Positions 28,644 through 38,228 of a stretch of DNA of 64,000 nt are shown here, piece after piece (the stretch's first letter is position 1; every line of letters starts with the position of its first letter). The notes beneath the pieces are model-generated. The model worked only from the letters and a program-made list of their open reading frames with translations. It made no database searches and was not told the DNA's origin. Made by a program: the position numbers and the translations under genes. The stretch is from NCBI GenBank assembly GCA_964588985.1, contig CAZPQW010000002.1, forward strand, positions 96,001 to 160,000, in the 5' to 3' direction. Origin of the DNA: an uncultured Solirubrobacteraceae bacterium (GTDB lineage: Bacteria > Actinomycetota > Thermoleophilia > Solirubrobacterales > Solirubrobacteraceae).

Positions 28644-29564
28644 CTAGGAGAGCGCCGCCCGCAGCGCGGGCTCGAGCTGGGCGTGGCGGAACTCGTATCC
28701 GAGCACGAGCGCCTTGGCTGGGACCGCGCGCGCGCCGGTGGTGACGATCTCTGCCATCTCGCCGTAGAGCGCCCGCAGCGCGAAGCCCGGCACGGGCAGG
28801 AGCGACGGGCGGTGAAGAGCCCTGCCGAGCGCGTGCGAGAAGGCCGCGTTCGTGACCGGTTCGGGCGCGGTCGCGTTGATCGGGCCGCTCCAGCGCTCGT
28901 CCTCGATCGCCGTGAGCATCATCCCGACGACGTCCTCGGCGTGGATCCACGACATGTACTGGCGCCCGCCCGCCACCGGGCCGCCGACGCCGAGGCGAAA
29001 GGGCGTGAGCATCTTGCCGAGCGCGCCGCCCGCGGCGTCGAGCACGATGCCGGTGCGCACCTGCACCACGCGGACGCCCAGCGAGCCCGCCCTGGCCGCC
29101 TCGGCCTCCCACTCGACACACACCTGCGCGAGGAAGTCCGCGCCGGGCGGCGCGTCCTCGTCGAGCGGCTCCTCGCCGTGCGCGCCGTAGTAGCCGATCG
29201 CCGAGGAGCTGACGAGTGTGCGTGGGCGGTGCGCGTCCTCGACCGCGGCCAGTCCGGCGAGCAGGTTGCGCGTGCCGGTCACGCGGCTCTCGCGGATCGC
29301 GCGCTTCGCCTCGGCGCTCCAGCGCTGCGCCACAGGCGCTCCCGCGAGGTGCACCACCGCGTCGCGGCCGGCGAGCGCCTCGACCGGCGCGTGCTCTGAC
29401 ATCGGGTCCCAGGCGAGCGCCGTGACCTCTCCCAGCTTCGCCCGCGCGCGGTCCGGCTCGCGAGTCAGAACCGTGACATCGGCGCCCTGTGCGAGCAGCT
29501 CCGCGACCAGCTGCGGGCCGATCAACCCCGTCGCTCCGGTCACGACCACCCGCGGCGCGCTCAA
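28644..29564 (-). CDS. TIGR01777 family NAD-dependent epimerase/oxidoreductase
   Basis: TGATGLIG, SSAIGYYG, GGRQYMSWIH, NATAPEPV. Confidence 0.92.
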   Translation of the reverse strand: MSAPRVVVTGATGLIGPQLVAELLAQGADVTVLTREPDRARAKLGEVTALAWDPMSEHAPVEALAGRDAVVHLAGAPVAQRWSAEAKRAIRESRVTGTRNLLAGLAAVEDAHRPRTLVSSSAIGYYGAHGEEPLDEDAPPGADFLAQVCVEWEAEAARAGSLGVRVVQVRTGIVLDAAGGALGKMLTPFRLGVGGPVAGGRQYMSWIHAEDVVGMMLTAIEDERWSGPINATAPEPVTNAAFSHALGRALHRPSLLPVPGFALRALYGEMAEIVTTGARAVPAKALVLGYEFRHAQLEPALRAALS

Positions 29565-29577
29565 CGCGTTCAGCTCC

Positions 29578-31080
29578 TCATGCGCGGCCGTCGCCGGTGC
29601 TCGCGCCGGCCGGACCTACGCTCATGGTCTCCGTGTCGCCCTGGGCGAAGCCCACCTCGTGTCCCGCGAGCGCGGTGCCCGCCTTGCGCGCCTGGTCGGC
29701 GACCGCGGCCGCCACCGCGGGCGCCACCTCCCTGTTGAACACCGACGGGATGATGTAGTCCTCGTGCAGCTCGCTCTCGGAGACGATCGCGGCGATCGCC
29801 TGCGCGGCGGCCATCTTCATCGGCTCGGTGATCTGCGGCGCGCGCACGTCGAGCGCGCCGCGGAAGATCCCCGGGAAGCACAGCACGTTGTTGATCTGGT
29901 TGGGGTAGTCCGAGCGCCCGGTCGCCATGATCCTCACGTACGGACCGGCCTCCTCGGGGTTGATCTCGGGGGTCGGGTTGGCCATCGCGAAGACCATCGC
30001 GTCCTTGTTCATGCGCGCGAGCGACTCGGGGGGCAGAACTCGGGCGCCGGAGAGGCCGATCACGAGGTCGGCGCCGTCGATCACGTCCGCGGGCTTGCCC
30101 GCGCGGCAGTCGGGGTTCGTCGACTCCGCGTACCAGCGCTTGATCGGGGTCATCGTGTCGCTCAGGTAGTCCTCGCGCTGGACGTGCAGGGCGCCCTGCG
30201 AGTCGGCGCCGACGATGTGCGTCACGCCGGCCGCGAGCATGATCTTCGTGACCGCCACGCCGGCCGCGCCGAGGCCGATGACGAGCACGCGCAGGTCGGC
30301 GAGGTTGCGTCCGGTGAGCTTCACCGCGTTCAGCAGCGCGGCCATCACGACCACCGCGGTCCCGTGCTGGTCGTCGTGGAAGACGGGGATGTCGAGCTCG
30401 TCGATCAGGCGCTGCTCGATCTCGAAGCAGCGCGGCGCGGAGATGTCCTCGAGGTTGATACCGCCGAAGCCCGGCGCGAGCAGCTTGACGGTCCGCACGA
30501 TCTCGTCGGGGTCCTTCGTGTCGAGGCAGATCGGGAACGCGTCAACGTTGGCGAACTCCTTGAAGAGGCAGCACTTGCCCTCCATCACCGGCATCGCCGC
30601 GCGCGGGCCGATGTCGCCGAGGCCGAGCACCGCGGTGCCGTCGGAGATCACCGCGACCGTGTTGCGCTTGATCGTGTACTGGAACGCCTTGTCCGGGTCG
30701 TCGTGGATCGCGTGGCACACGCGCGCCACACCGGGGGTGTAGGCCATCGAGAGGTCGTCGCGGGTCTTCAGGGGGTGCTTGTTGTGCTGCTCGATCTTGC
30801 CGCCCACGTGCAGCAGGAACGTGCGGTCGGTGGTGTCGACCACCTCGGCGCCGTCGATCGCGCCGATCGCGCCGAGGATTTGCTCCCAGTGCGCGCGCCC
30901 GGAGGCGTCGACGACGATGTCGCGCAGGCTGTGGGCTCCGTGGACTTCGACCAGGTCGACGGCGGCGACGATGCCGCCCGCCTCGCCGATCGCGGTCGTC
31001 ACCCGCCCGAGGATGCCCGAGCTGTCCTCCAGCTTGACGCGGATGTTCAGGCGATACTGCGCGCTTGGGGTGGCGCTCAC
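29578..31080 (-). CDS. NAD-dependent malic enzyme with N-terminal ACT domain
   Basis: LSMAYTPGVA, DGTAVLGLGDIG, FHDDQHGTA, NQINNVLCFPGIFRG. Confidence 0.93.
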   Translation of the reverse strand: MSATPSAQYRLNIRVKLEDSSGILGRVTTAIGEAGGIVAAVDLVEVHGAHSLRDIVVDASGRAHWEQILGAIGAIDGAEVVDTTDRTFLLHVGGKIEQHNKHPLKTRDDLSMAYTPGVARVCHAIHDDPDKAFQYTIKRNTVAVISDGTAVLGLGDIGPRAAMPVMEGKCCLFKEFANVDAFPICLDTKDPDEIVRTVKLLAPGFGGINLEDISAPRCFEIEQRLIDELDIPVFHDDQHGTAVVVMAALLNAVKLTGRNLADLRVLVIGLGAAGVAVTKIMLAAGVTHIVGADSQGALHVQREDYLSDTMTPIKRWYAESTNPDCRAGKPADVIDGADLVIGLSGARVLPPESLARMNKDAMVFAMANPTPEINPEEAGPYVRIMATGRSDYPNQINNVLCFPGIFRGALDVRAPQITEPMKMAAAQAIAAIVSESELHEDYIIPSVFNREVAPAVAAAVADQARKAGTALAGHEVGFAQGDTETMSVGPAGASTGDGRA

Positions 31081-31133
31081 GGACTCCTGCTCCCTCAGTT
31101 GTTGGCGGCGGGGATGTTAGGAGGTATACGCCG

Positions 31134-31147
31134 CGAGCACTTGTTCG
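31134..31147. promoter_or_regulatory. Near-consensus LexA (SOS) box upstream of polA
   Basis: CGAGC-ACTT-GTTCG, one mismatch to CGAAC-N4-GTTCG. Confidence 0.5.
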
Positions 31148-31202
31148 GGTGCCACGCCTCTCCAGGGCGACGGTCGGCGGCTCCTCGTAGAGTGCTCAGG
31201 CG

Positions 31203-33794
31203 ATGGAGGACAAGCGCCTGTTCCTGATCGACGGCCCGAGCCTCGTGTACCGGGCGTTCTTTGCGCTGCCAGAGTCGATCGCGACATCGACGGGCGTGCC
31301 CACGAACGCGATCTTCGGGTTCGCTTCGATGCTCGTGAAGATCGTCACCGAGTACGGCGTGTGTCCGACGGTGGTCGCGTGGGACGCCGGCACCTCGGGT
31401 CGCACCGAGTTGTTTCCCGAATACAAGGCCCAGCGCCAGTCGCGCCCCGACCTGCTCAAGCAGCAGTGGCCGGCGATGGAACCGCTCGTCGACGCGTTCG
31501 GCTACCGCAACGTGAGGGTCGAGGGCTACGAGGCGGACGACGTGATCGCCTCGCTCGCGGAGCGCGCGCTGAAGGCCGACCCCCCGGTGCCGGTGATGAT
31601 CGTCACCGGCGACCGCGACGCCTTCCAGCTGATCGACGGGCGGGGCCTCGTGAAGGTGATGGCGACCGCGCGCGGGATCACCGACACGAAGATCTACGAC
31701 CGCCAGGCGGTGATCGACCGCTACGGCATCCCACCGGAGCTGATCCCCGACTTCTACGGGCTGAAGGGCGACACCTCCGACAACATCCCCGGCGTCCCCG
31801 GCATCGGCGACAAGACCGCGAGCGAGCTGATCCAGAGCTTCGGCACGCTCGAGCAGGTGCTCGCGAGCGTCGAGGAGATCAAAGGCGCCAAGCGCAAACA
31901 GAACCTCCTCGAGTACGCGGAGAACGCACGCGTGTCCAAGAGCCTCGCGACCGTCCAGCGCGACGTGGCGGTCGACGTCGACATCGCGCTCGAGGCCGCG
32001 CAGGAGCCCGACCGCTCGCGCGTGCGTGAGTTCTTCCGCGAGTACGAGTTGCGCGACCCGCTGCGGCGGCTGGAGGAGGCGCTCGGCGACCCCGAGGTGG
32101 CGGCGCCCGTGCCGGCCGCGCAGGTGACGCTCAAGGCGCGGGTCAGAGCCGGAGCGCCGAAGGACATCGCGCGTCTCGGCGCCGCGACCGGCGAGCTGTG
32201 CGTGGTGGTCCGCGCGAGCGAGGCCCCCGAGGGCGAGCTGTTCGCCGACGGGCCAGCGTGGCGCTTCGCGGCGGCGGCCGAGGGGGAGGTGCTGGTGGGG
32301 GAGTGCGCCGGTCCGGAGGAGGTCGTCGCGGCGTGCGGCGATCGTCCCGTTGTCGCACACGACGCGAAGGCGCTTCGCACGGTCCCGCCGTCGCTTGCGC
32401 ACGACACGCTGCTGGGCGCCTACCTGCTCGAGCCCGCCAGACGTGGCTACCCGTTCGCGGAGCTGTGCGAGGAGCGCGGCATGGTCAGCGACGAGAAGGA
32501 CCCGGTCGCGGCCGAGGCGATCCTGCTGGGGGCGCTCGCGACGTGGCAGCGCGAGCAGATCGCCGAGCGGGGCCTGGAGCCGCTGATGCGCGAGATCGAG
32601 CTGCCGCTTGTGGCGGTGCTGCGCGAGATGGAGCTGCTCGGGGTGCGGCTCAACGTCGAGCGGCTCGGGGAGATCACCGGGCGCGTGCGCACGGAGATCG
32701 ACGGCCTCGAACGCGACATCTTCAAGCTGGCCGAAACGGAGTTCCTGATCTCCTCGCCCCAGCAGCTCGGGGAGATCCTGTTCGAGAAGCTCGGCCTGTC
32801 GCGCAAGCGCCGCGGCAAGACCGGCTTCTCCACCGACGCGCGCGTGCTGCAGGCGATCCGCTCAGAGCACGAGATCGTGCCGAAGATCGAGCGCTGGCGC
32901 GAGCTCTCCACGCTGATCAAGACCTACCTCGACGTGCTGCCCCAGCTCGTGGACGAGCGCTCGCGCATCCACACCACGTTCCTGCAGGCGGTCGCGCAGA
33001 CCGGGCGCCTGTCGAGCACCAACCCCAACATGCAGAACGTCCCCATCCGCACTCCACTCGGACGCGAGATCCGCGGCTGCTTCGAGGCCGAGGAGGGGAT
33101 GTCGCTGATCTCCGCCGACTACTCGCAGATCGAGCTGCGCGTGCTCGCGCACGCGGCCGGCGAGGACGTGCTGATGGAGATCTTCGCCCGCGGCGAGGAC
33201 GTGCACACGGCGACAGCGTCGCGCGTGTTCGGTGTGGAGGCGAAGGACATCGACCCGGGGATGCGCTCGAAGGCGAAGATGATCAACTACGGGATCGTCT
33301 ACGGCCTCTCCGACTTCGGCCTCGCCGATCGCCTGAACATCCCGCGCGCGGAGGCGAAGGAGTTCATCGACGCCTACCTCGAGCGCTTCCCCGCGGTCGC
33401 GCGCTTCATGGCGGAGACGATCGAGCGCGCGAAGGAGACCGGCGACGTGACGACGCTGTGGGGCCGCCGGCGCCAGATCCCCGAGATCCGAGCCCGCAAC
33501 TATCAGGTGCGCACACTCGGCGAGCGCCTCGCTGTGAACACCGTCATCCAGGGCACCGCCGCGGACATCATCAAGCTCGCGATGGTCAACTGCCACCGCG
33601 CGCTCGCGGAGTCGACGCTTCAGACGAAGCTGCTGCTGACGATTCACGACGAGCTGCTGTTCGAAGGCCCGCCGGAGGAGACGGACGCCGCACGCGAGCT
33701 GATCGAGCGCGAGATGTGCGGCGTGTGGGGGGATCGCGAGCCGCCGATGGCTGTCGACATCGGCGCGGGGCGTACCTGGCTGGAGGCGAAGTGA
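31203..33794 (+). CDS. polA: DNA polymerase I
   Basis: 5'-3' exonuclease (EADDVI, GDTSDNIPGVPGIG); polymerase motifs TGRLSSTNPN, ADYSQIELR, IHDELL. Confidence 0.97.
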   Translation: MEDKRLFLIDGPSLVYRAFFALPESIATSTGVPTNAIFGFASMLVKIVTEYGVCPTVVAWDAGTSGRTELFPEYKAQRQSRPDLLKQQWPAMEPLVDAFGYRNVRVEGYEADDVIASLAERALKADPPVPVMIVTGDRDAFQLIDGRGLVKVMATARGITDTKIYDRQAVIDRYGIPPELIPDFYGLKGDTSDNIPGVPGIGDKTASELIQSFGTLEQVLASVEEIKGAKRKQNLLEYAENARVSKSLATVQRDVAVDVDIALEAAQEPDRSRVREFFREYELRDPLRRLEEALGDPEVAAPVPAAQVTLKARVRAGAPKDIARLGAATGELCVVVRASEAPEGELFADGPAWRFAAAAEGEVLVGECAGPEEVVAACGDRPVVAHDAKALRTVPPSLAHDTLLGAYLLEPARRGYPFAELCEERGMVSDEKDPVAAEAILLGALATWQREQIAERGLEPLMREIELPLVAVLREMELLGVRLNVERLGEITGRVRTEIDGLERDIFKLAETEFLISSPQQLGEILFEKLGLSRKRRGKTGFSTDARVLQAIRSEHEIVPKIERWRELSTLIKTYLDVLPQLVDERSRIHTTFLQAVAQTGRLSSTNPNMQNVPIRTPLGREIRGCFEAEEGMSLISADYSQIELRVLAHAAGEDVLMEIFARGEDVHTATASRVFGVEAKDIDPGMRSKAKMINYGIVYGLSDFGLADRLNIPRAEAKEFIDAYLERFPAVARFMAETIERAKETGDVTTLWGRRRQIPEIRARNYQVRTLGERLAVNTVIQGTAADIIKLAMVNCHRALAESTLQTKLLLTIHDELLFEGPPEETDAARELIEREMCGVWGDREPPMAVDIGAGRTWLEAK

Positions 33795-34234
33795 GCCGCG
33801 GTCTGGCTGTGCTGCTGGCGGTCGCCGCGGGCGGCTTCGTCGGGATGCAGGCGCCGATCAACGCGCGCCTCGGCCGTCAGATCGGCAGCCTGCAGGCGGC
33901 CACCGTGTCGTTCCTCGTGGGCCTCGTCGCGCTGCTGCTGGTCGCGGGGATCTCAAGCGGCGGGCTGGGGAGCATCGCCCACGCTCCACGGGCGCCGTGG
34001 TGGGCGCTGATCGGCGGGCTGCTCGGCGCGTTCTTCGTCGTCGTAGCGCTGCTCACCGTGCGCACGCTCGGAGCGAGCGGCCTCACCGCGATCGTCGTCG
34101 CCGGTCAGCTCGCCGTGGCCGTCGCGATCGACCGCTTCGGCCTGTTCGGCATCGCCAAGCAGCACATCGCCGCGCCGCGGGCGATCGGGTTGGTGCTGCT
34201 GTTGGTGGGGGTTGTGCTGGTGGTGCGCAAATGA
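33791..34234 (+). CDS. DMT family (YdcZ-like) transporter
   Basis: QAPINARLG, WWALIGGLLGA, GQL...IDRFGLFG. Confidence 0.88.
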   Translation: MSRGLAVLLAVAAGGFVGMQAPINARLGRQIGSLQAATVSFLVGLVALLLVAGISSGGLGSIAHAPRAPWWALIGGLLGAFFVVVALLTVRTLGASGLTAIVVAGQLAVAVAIDRFGLFGIAKQHIAAPRAIGLVLLLVGVVLVVRK

Positions 34235-34258
34235 CGATGAGCGGGACCTCGACGACGG

Positions 34259-35710
34259 TCAGCTGATCGGCTCGGTCCGTGTGGAGAACCCGTTCCAAGA
34301 CGCGTCGTAGAGCGCCTCGCCGAGCAGGTGGATGCCTTGATCGATGGCGGGCTCGGACAGGTTGCCGTGGCCGAGCAGCAGCCCCGGAGGGCCGCCGGGC
34401 GTGAAACGGTGCCAGGAGAGCCCCTCCATTCCCACGCCTCGCGCCGCCGCGGCCCGCAGGAGCGCCGCCTCGTCCACCTCATCGGGCAGCTCGACGAGCT
34501 CGAACAGCCCAGCGGCTCCGTGGCTGCTCACGCGTCCCTGCGGCAGCCAGCGCGCGAGCGACTCCAGCAGCGCCTCGCGCCGACGCTGATAGCGCAGGCG
34601 CATGCGCCGCAGATGGCGGTCGAGCTCGCCACGGCGGATGAAGTCGCTCAGGGCGAGCTGCCCGATTGTCTCCGAGCCGCCATCCTCGACGGCCTTGGCA
34701 GCCGTCAGCTCCCAGGCGAGCCACGAGGGCATCAACGTCCAGCCCAGACGCATGCCGGGCGCCAGGCGCTTGCTCGCTGAGCCGATGTAGACGACGTGCT
34801 CGGGGGCCAGCCCCTGCAGAGCGCCCACGGCCACGCGGTCGTAGCGGTACTCGGCGTCATAGTCGTCCTCGACTATCAGCCGCTCGTCCTCGGACCACTC
34901 GATCAGCGCCGCCCGCCGCTCCGGCGCAAGCACCGCGCCGGTGGGGAACTGATGAGCGGACGTGACGAGCACCGCGGCCGCGTCTGTCCGAGCGAGCACG
35001 TCGACGCGTAGGCCGTCCGCGTCGACTGGGATCGGCACGACCTCCATGCCCGCGTTCTCGATGATCAAGCGGTGCGTGTGCCAGCCGGGGTCCTCGAGCG
35101 CGAAGCGCTCCACGCCGCGGCCGCGCAGGGTACGGCAGAGCAGCGAGAAGGCCTGCATGAAGCCGGTGCATACGAGCGTGTGCTCGGGATCTGCATCGAC
35201 GCCGCGCACGCGCCCGAGATATCCGGCGAGCGCTTCACGCAGCTCGGGCACCCCTCGTGGGTCGCCGTAGCCGACGCCCGCCAACGGCGCGTCGCGCAGC
35301 GCGGCGCGCAGCGAGCGCAGCCATGCCTCGCGCGGGAAACGGGAGAGGTCGGGAAGGCCGGGGTGGAAGTGATAGGGGAAGCTCTCCAGCAGCGACCGGG
35401 CCGGCGCGCGCGGGCTGGCGGTCCGAACGGCTCTGGCGACACGCACGGGAGCCCCCTGGCTCGTCGCCAGATAGCCCTCCGCGGCAAGCTGACCGTAGGC
35501 CTCGGTGACGACGCCGCGGGAGACGCCCAGTTCCTGCGCGAGCACACGCGTCGAGGGCAACCGCGTGTCGCTTCGCAGCGCTCCCGAGCGGATCCGCTCG
35601 CGCAGCGCGCGCTCGATCTGCTCGTGCAGCGGCAGATCGCCGCCGCGGTCGAGTTCGACGAGCAGTCCCGGTGCGCGCCGCCGGCCAACTGGTCCTGTCG
35701 GATCGTTCAT
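34259..35710 (-). CDS. MocR/GabR-type GntR regulator with PLP aminotransferase domain
   Basis: LPSTRVLAQELGVSRGVV wHTH; HQFPTG, EDDYDAEYRY, SASKRLAPGMRLG. Confidence 0.93.
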   Translation of the reverse strand: MNDPTGPVGRRRAPGLLVELDRGGDLPLHEQIERALRERIRSGALRSDTRLPSTRVLAQELGVSRGVVTEAYGQLAAEGYLATSQGAPVRVARAVRTASPRAPARSLLESFPYHFHPGLPDLSRFPREAWLRSLRAALRDAPLAGVGYGDPRGVPELREALAGYLGRVRGVDADPEHTLVCTGFMQAFSLLCRTLRGRGVERFALEDPGWHTHRLIIENAGMEVVPIPVDADGLRVDVLARTDAAAVLVTSAHQFPTGAVLAPERRAALIEWSEDERLIVEDDYDAEYRYDRVAVGALQGLAPEHVVYIGSASKRLAPGMRLGWTLMPSWLAWELTAAKAVEDGGSETIGQLALSDFIRRGELDRHLRRMRLRYQRRREALLESLARWLPQGRVSSHGAAGLFELVELPDEVDEAALLRAAAARGVGMEGLSWHRFTPGGPPGLLLGHGNLSEPAIDQGIHLLGEALYDASWNGFSTRTEPIS

Positions 35711-35736
35711 GACTGGAACTGTAAAGCAGGCCAGTC
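35688..35736. promoter_or_regulatory. Putative MocR operator: ACTGG direct repeat plus GACTGG-N14-CCAGTC inverted repeat
   Basis: Repeats seen between the divergent MocR and oxidoreductase genes; direct plus inverted arrangement is typical of MocR sites. Confidence 0.55.
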
Positions 35737-35812
35737 TGGGTTTACCTTGCAGAACATCGAGCATCCCTCTGACCGGCGCGACAGTCGCCGGCTTCCCCAA
35801 GGAGGCTTCGCC

Positions 35813-37000
35813 ATGAGCCACGGCAATGGCAGTGCAACAAAGGGCATCACGATCGTAGGCGCGGGCATAGCGGGACTCACCGCCGCGATCACGTGCGCCG
35901 AAGAGGGGGCTCGCGTGAGCCTGATCGAGGCGCACAGCCAGCTCGGCGGGCGAGCCCGCAGCACCGATGGTCCCTACAAGGCGAACCTAGGGCCGCACGC
36001 GGTGTACGACGGGCCGTTCTGGCGATGGATGCGCGAGCGCGACATCCTCCCCGAACATGTCACCCCACGGCTCACCGGGGTGCGGCTGCGGATCGACGGA
36101 AGCCTGCGCCGCACGCCGCCGCTGGCCGCGCTGCCGAAGGTGTTGCGCCTTCGCGGCCGTGAAGCGCCCGTCGATGTCGACTTCCGCACATGGGCGGCGA
36201 GCCACACCGACGAGCGCACCGCCGAGATGCTCTCCTCGGCGTGCGGCGTATACACCTTCCATCACGATCCCGGCGAGCTCTCGGCCGCGTTCGTCTGGCC
36301 GCACGCCGTGCGGCTGCTGATGAGCGTTCCGACGATCGTGCGCTATCCCGTCGGCGGCTGGAGCGCGCTCGTAGCTTCGCTCGAGCGGCGGGTGCGCGAG
36401 CTCGGAGTCGACGTGCAGACGGGGACCCGTCTACTGGAGTTGCCCGACTCGCCGACGGTCCTCGCGACCGAGCTGGACCACGCGCGCGAGCTGCTCGGCG
36501 ACGACGGTCTCAGCTGGAAGAGCGGCAACACGCTCTGTCTCGATATCGGGCTGCGTCAGCGCAGGGGCGACCCCTCGATCGTCTCAGACATGGATGAGTC
36601 GGGTTGGATCGGGCGCTACTCGACCTTCAACCCGTCGATCTCGCCCGACGGCGAGGATCTCGTCCAGGCACAGATGCCGATTCGTCCGCAGGAGAGCGCG
36701 GATCAGGCGGCGCTGCGCTTGGAGCGTCTGCTCGACGTCGGCCTGGTGGACTGGCGCGAGCGCGAGACCTGGCGCCGTCGGCAGGTGATGGACGCGCGCA
36801 GTGGTGCGCTCGACATGCCCGGCAAGACGTGGCGCGACCGGCCTGCGGTAGACCGCGGCGACGGCGTGTTTCTGGCCGGGGACATGGTCGCGGCGCCCGG
36901 TCTGCTGGCGGAGGTCTCGTGGGCGAGCGCGATCGAGGCGAGCCGTCTCGCGCTCGCGGCGCTCGAGACGAACCGGCCGAGCCTGCGCAGGGTCGCCTGA
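35813..37000 (+). CDS. FAD-dependent oxidoreductase (phytoene dehydrogenase-like)
   Basis: AAGGAGG RBS; IVGAGIAGL...GGRA, NLGPHA, FLAGD. Confidence 0.85.
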   Translation: MSHGNGSATKGITIVGAGIAGLTAAITCAEEGARVSLIEAHSQLGGRARSTDGPYKANLGPHAVYDGPFWRWMRERDILPEHVTPRLTGVRLRIDGSLRRTPPLAALPKVLRLRGREAPVDVDFRTWAASHTDERTAEMLSSACGVYTFHHDPGELSAAFVWPHAVRLLMSVPTIVRYPVGGWSALVASLERRVRELGVDVQTGTRLLELPDSPTVLATELDHARELLGDDGLSWKSGNTLCLDIGLRQRRGDPSIVSDMDESGWIGRYSTFNPSISPDGEDLVQAQMPIRPQESADQAALRLERLLDVGLVDWRERETWRRRQVMDARSGALDMPGKTWRDRPAVDRGDGVFLAGDMVAAPGLLAEVSWASAIEASRLALAALETNRPSLRRVA

Positions 37001-37029
37001 GCGAGAGTGAGGAGAGGGCCGCGGTCCGC

Positions 37030-38178
37030 TCAGTGGGCCGCGGCCGGCTCCAGCGTGACACGAGGTCTGCGCGGCGTGGCGCCCACGAACGAAGGCGGCG
37101 CGATGTCGAGGTAGTGGCTGAAGCTCCACGCCGCGATGCGCCGGTTCTCGACCGCCGCCACCGCCGCTGTGACCGCTCTGCTCGGCGTCATCTGCCCGAC
37201 CGCGCGCTGCACGTTCAACAGCCAGCGGTATTTGCGCTCGTGCGCCGCCGAGAACGCACCGTAGCGGGCGAGCGCCTGCTGGCGGGTCTGGCGCCCAGCG
37301 ACGATGTCGCTCAGCTCGCGCCCGCAGGCGAGGCCGAAGTACAGCGCGGTGCGAATGCCCTCCGCGGTCAGTGGGAGACAGTGCCCGGCCGAGTCGCCCG
37401 CGAAGAACACCTCGTCCTCGACCGCGTCGCGCAGCTGGTGGGGAATCCAGTTGCCCTGGTAGCCCTCGGGCGGCAGGCCGAGGTCGCGCGCGAGCCTCAC
37501 GGTGGGCTCCTTGACGTGGTGCGAGGGCCAGAACGAGCCGACTCCCACACGCAGCTCGTCATCAGCGGGGAAGCTCCAGCCGTAGCCCGCGCGGACGTAG
37601 CTCGCGTCGATCCACAGCTCCAGGTCCGGTCCGCTGCCCGGCGGGTGGACCTCCAGGCCGCGCGACAGGCGCGCGTTCGGCGGCTGGATCGGCGTGGCGT
37701 TGGACAGCACGCGCCGCCAGCCGAGCGCGTCCACGATCAAAGGCGCGCTCAGCTCGCCCCGGTCGGTCTGCACGACGAAACCCGACCGTCCGCTGACCGT
37801 CGCGGTCTCGAACTCCACGTCCGGCGAATCCGACTGCCCCCACAGCAGCGCGCACAGCTCGCGGTAGTCGAACGTCGAGAACGACCACGGCAGCTGCCAG
37901 CGCGACGTGCGAAACGGCGTGTGCACCACGATCTCGTCGAAGCTCTGGCGCAGCGAGCCCATCAGGTCGAGTGCTTCGAGCCACAACGTGGGCATCGCGC
38001 ACGCCGACGTCTGGCGCTCGCCGATCTCGTAGCGGTCGATCACGAGCACCTTCGCGCCCGTCCGCGCAAGCTCGCGTGCAACCGCCAGACCCGCAAAGCT
38101 GGAGCCACATACGAGCACGTCGCAGTCGCGTTCCAAGCGGGTACGGGCCGCTCCCCGCTTCGTCGCTCGAACAGGCAT
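37030..38178 (-). CDS. FAD-dependent oxidoreductase (geranylgeranyl reductase-like)
   Basis: DVLVCGSSFAG, GYGWSFP, GDSAGHCLPLTAEGI. Confidence 0.85.
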   Translation of the reverse strand: MPVRATKRGAARTRLERDCDVLVCGSSFAGLAVARELARTGAKVLVIDRYEIGERQTSACAMPTLWLEALDLMGSLRQSFDEIVVHTPFRTSRWQLPWSFSTFDYRELCALLWGQSDSPDVEFETATVSGRSGFVVQTDRGELSAPLIVDALGWRRVLSNATPIQPPNARLSRGLEVHPPGSGPDLELWIDASYVRAGYGWSFPADDELRVGVGSFWPSHHVKEPTVRLARDLGLPPEGYQGNWIPHQLRDAVEDEVFFAGDSAGHCLPLTAEGIRTALYFGLACGRELSDIVAGRQTRQQALARYGAFSAAHERKYRWLLNVQRAVGQMTPSRAVTAAVAAVENRRIAAWSFSHYLDIAPPSFVGATPRRPRVTLEPAAAH

Positions 38179-38228
38179 GTCGCCGGCAATGATACGGCTG
38201 CGCTACGCTTCGCCCGGTGCAAACGCTG

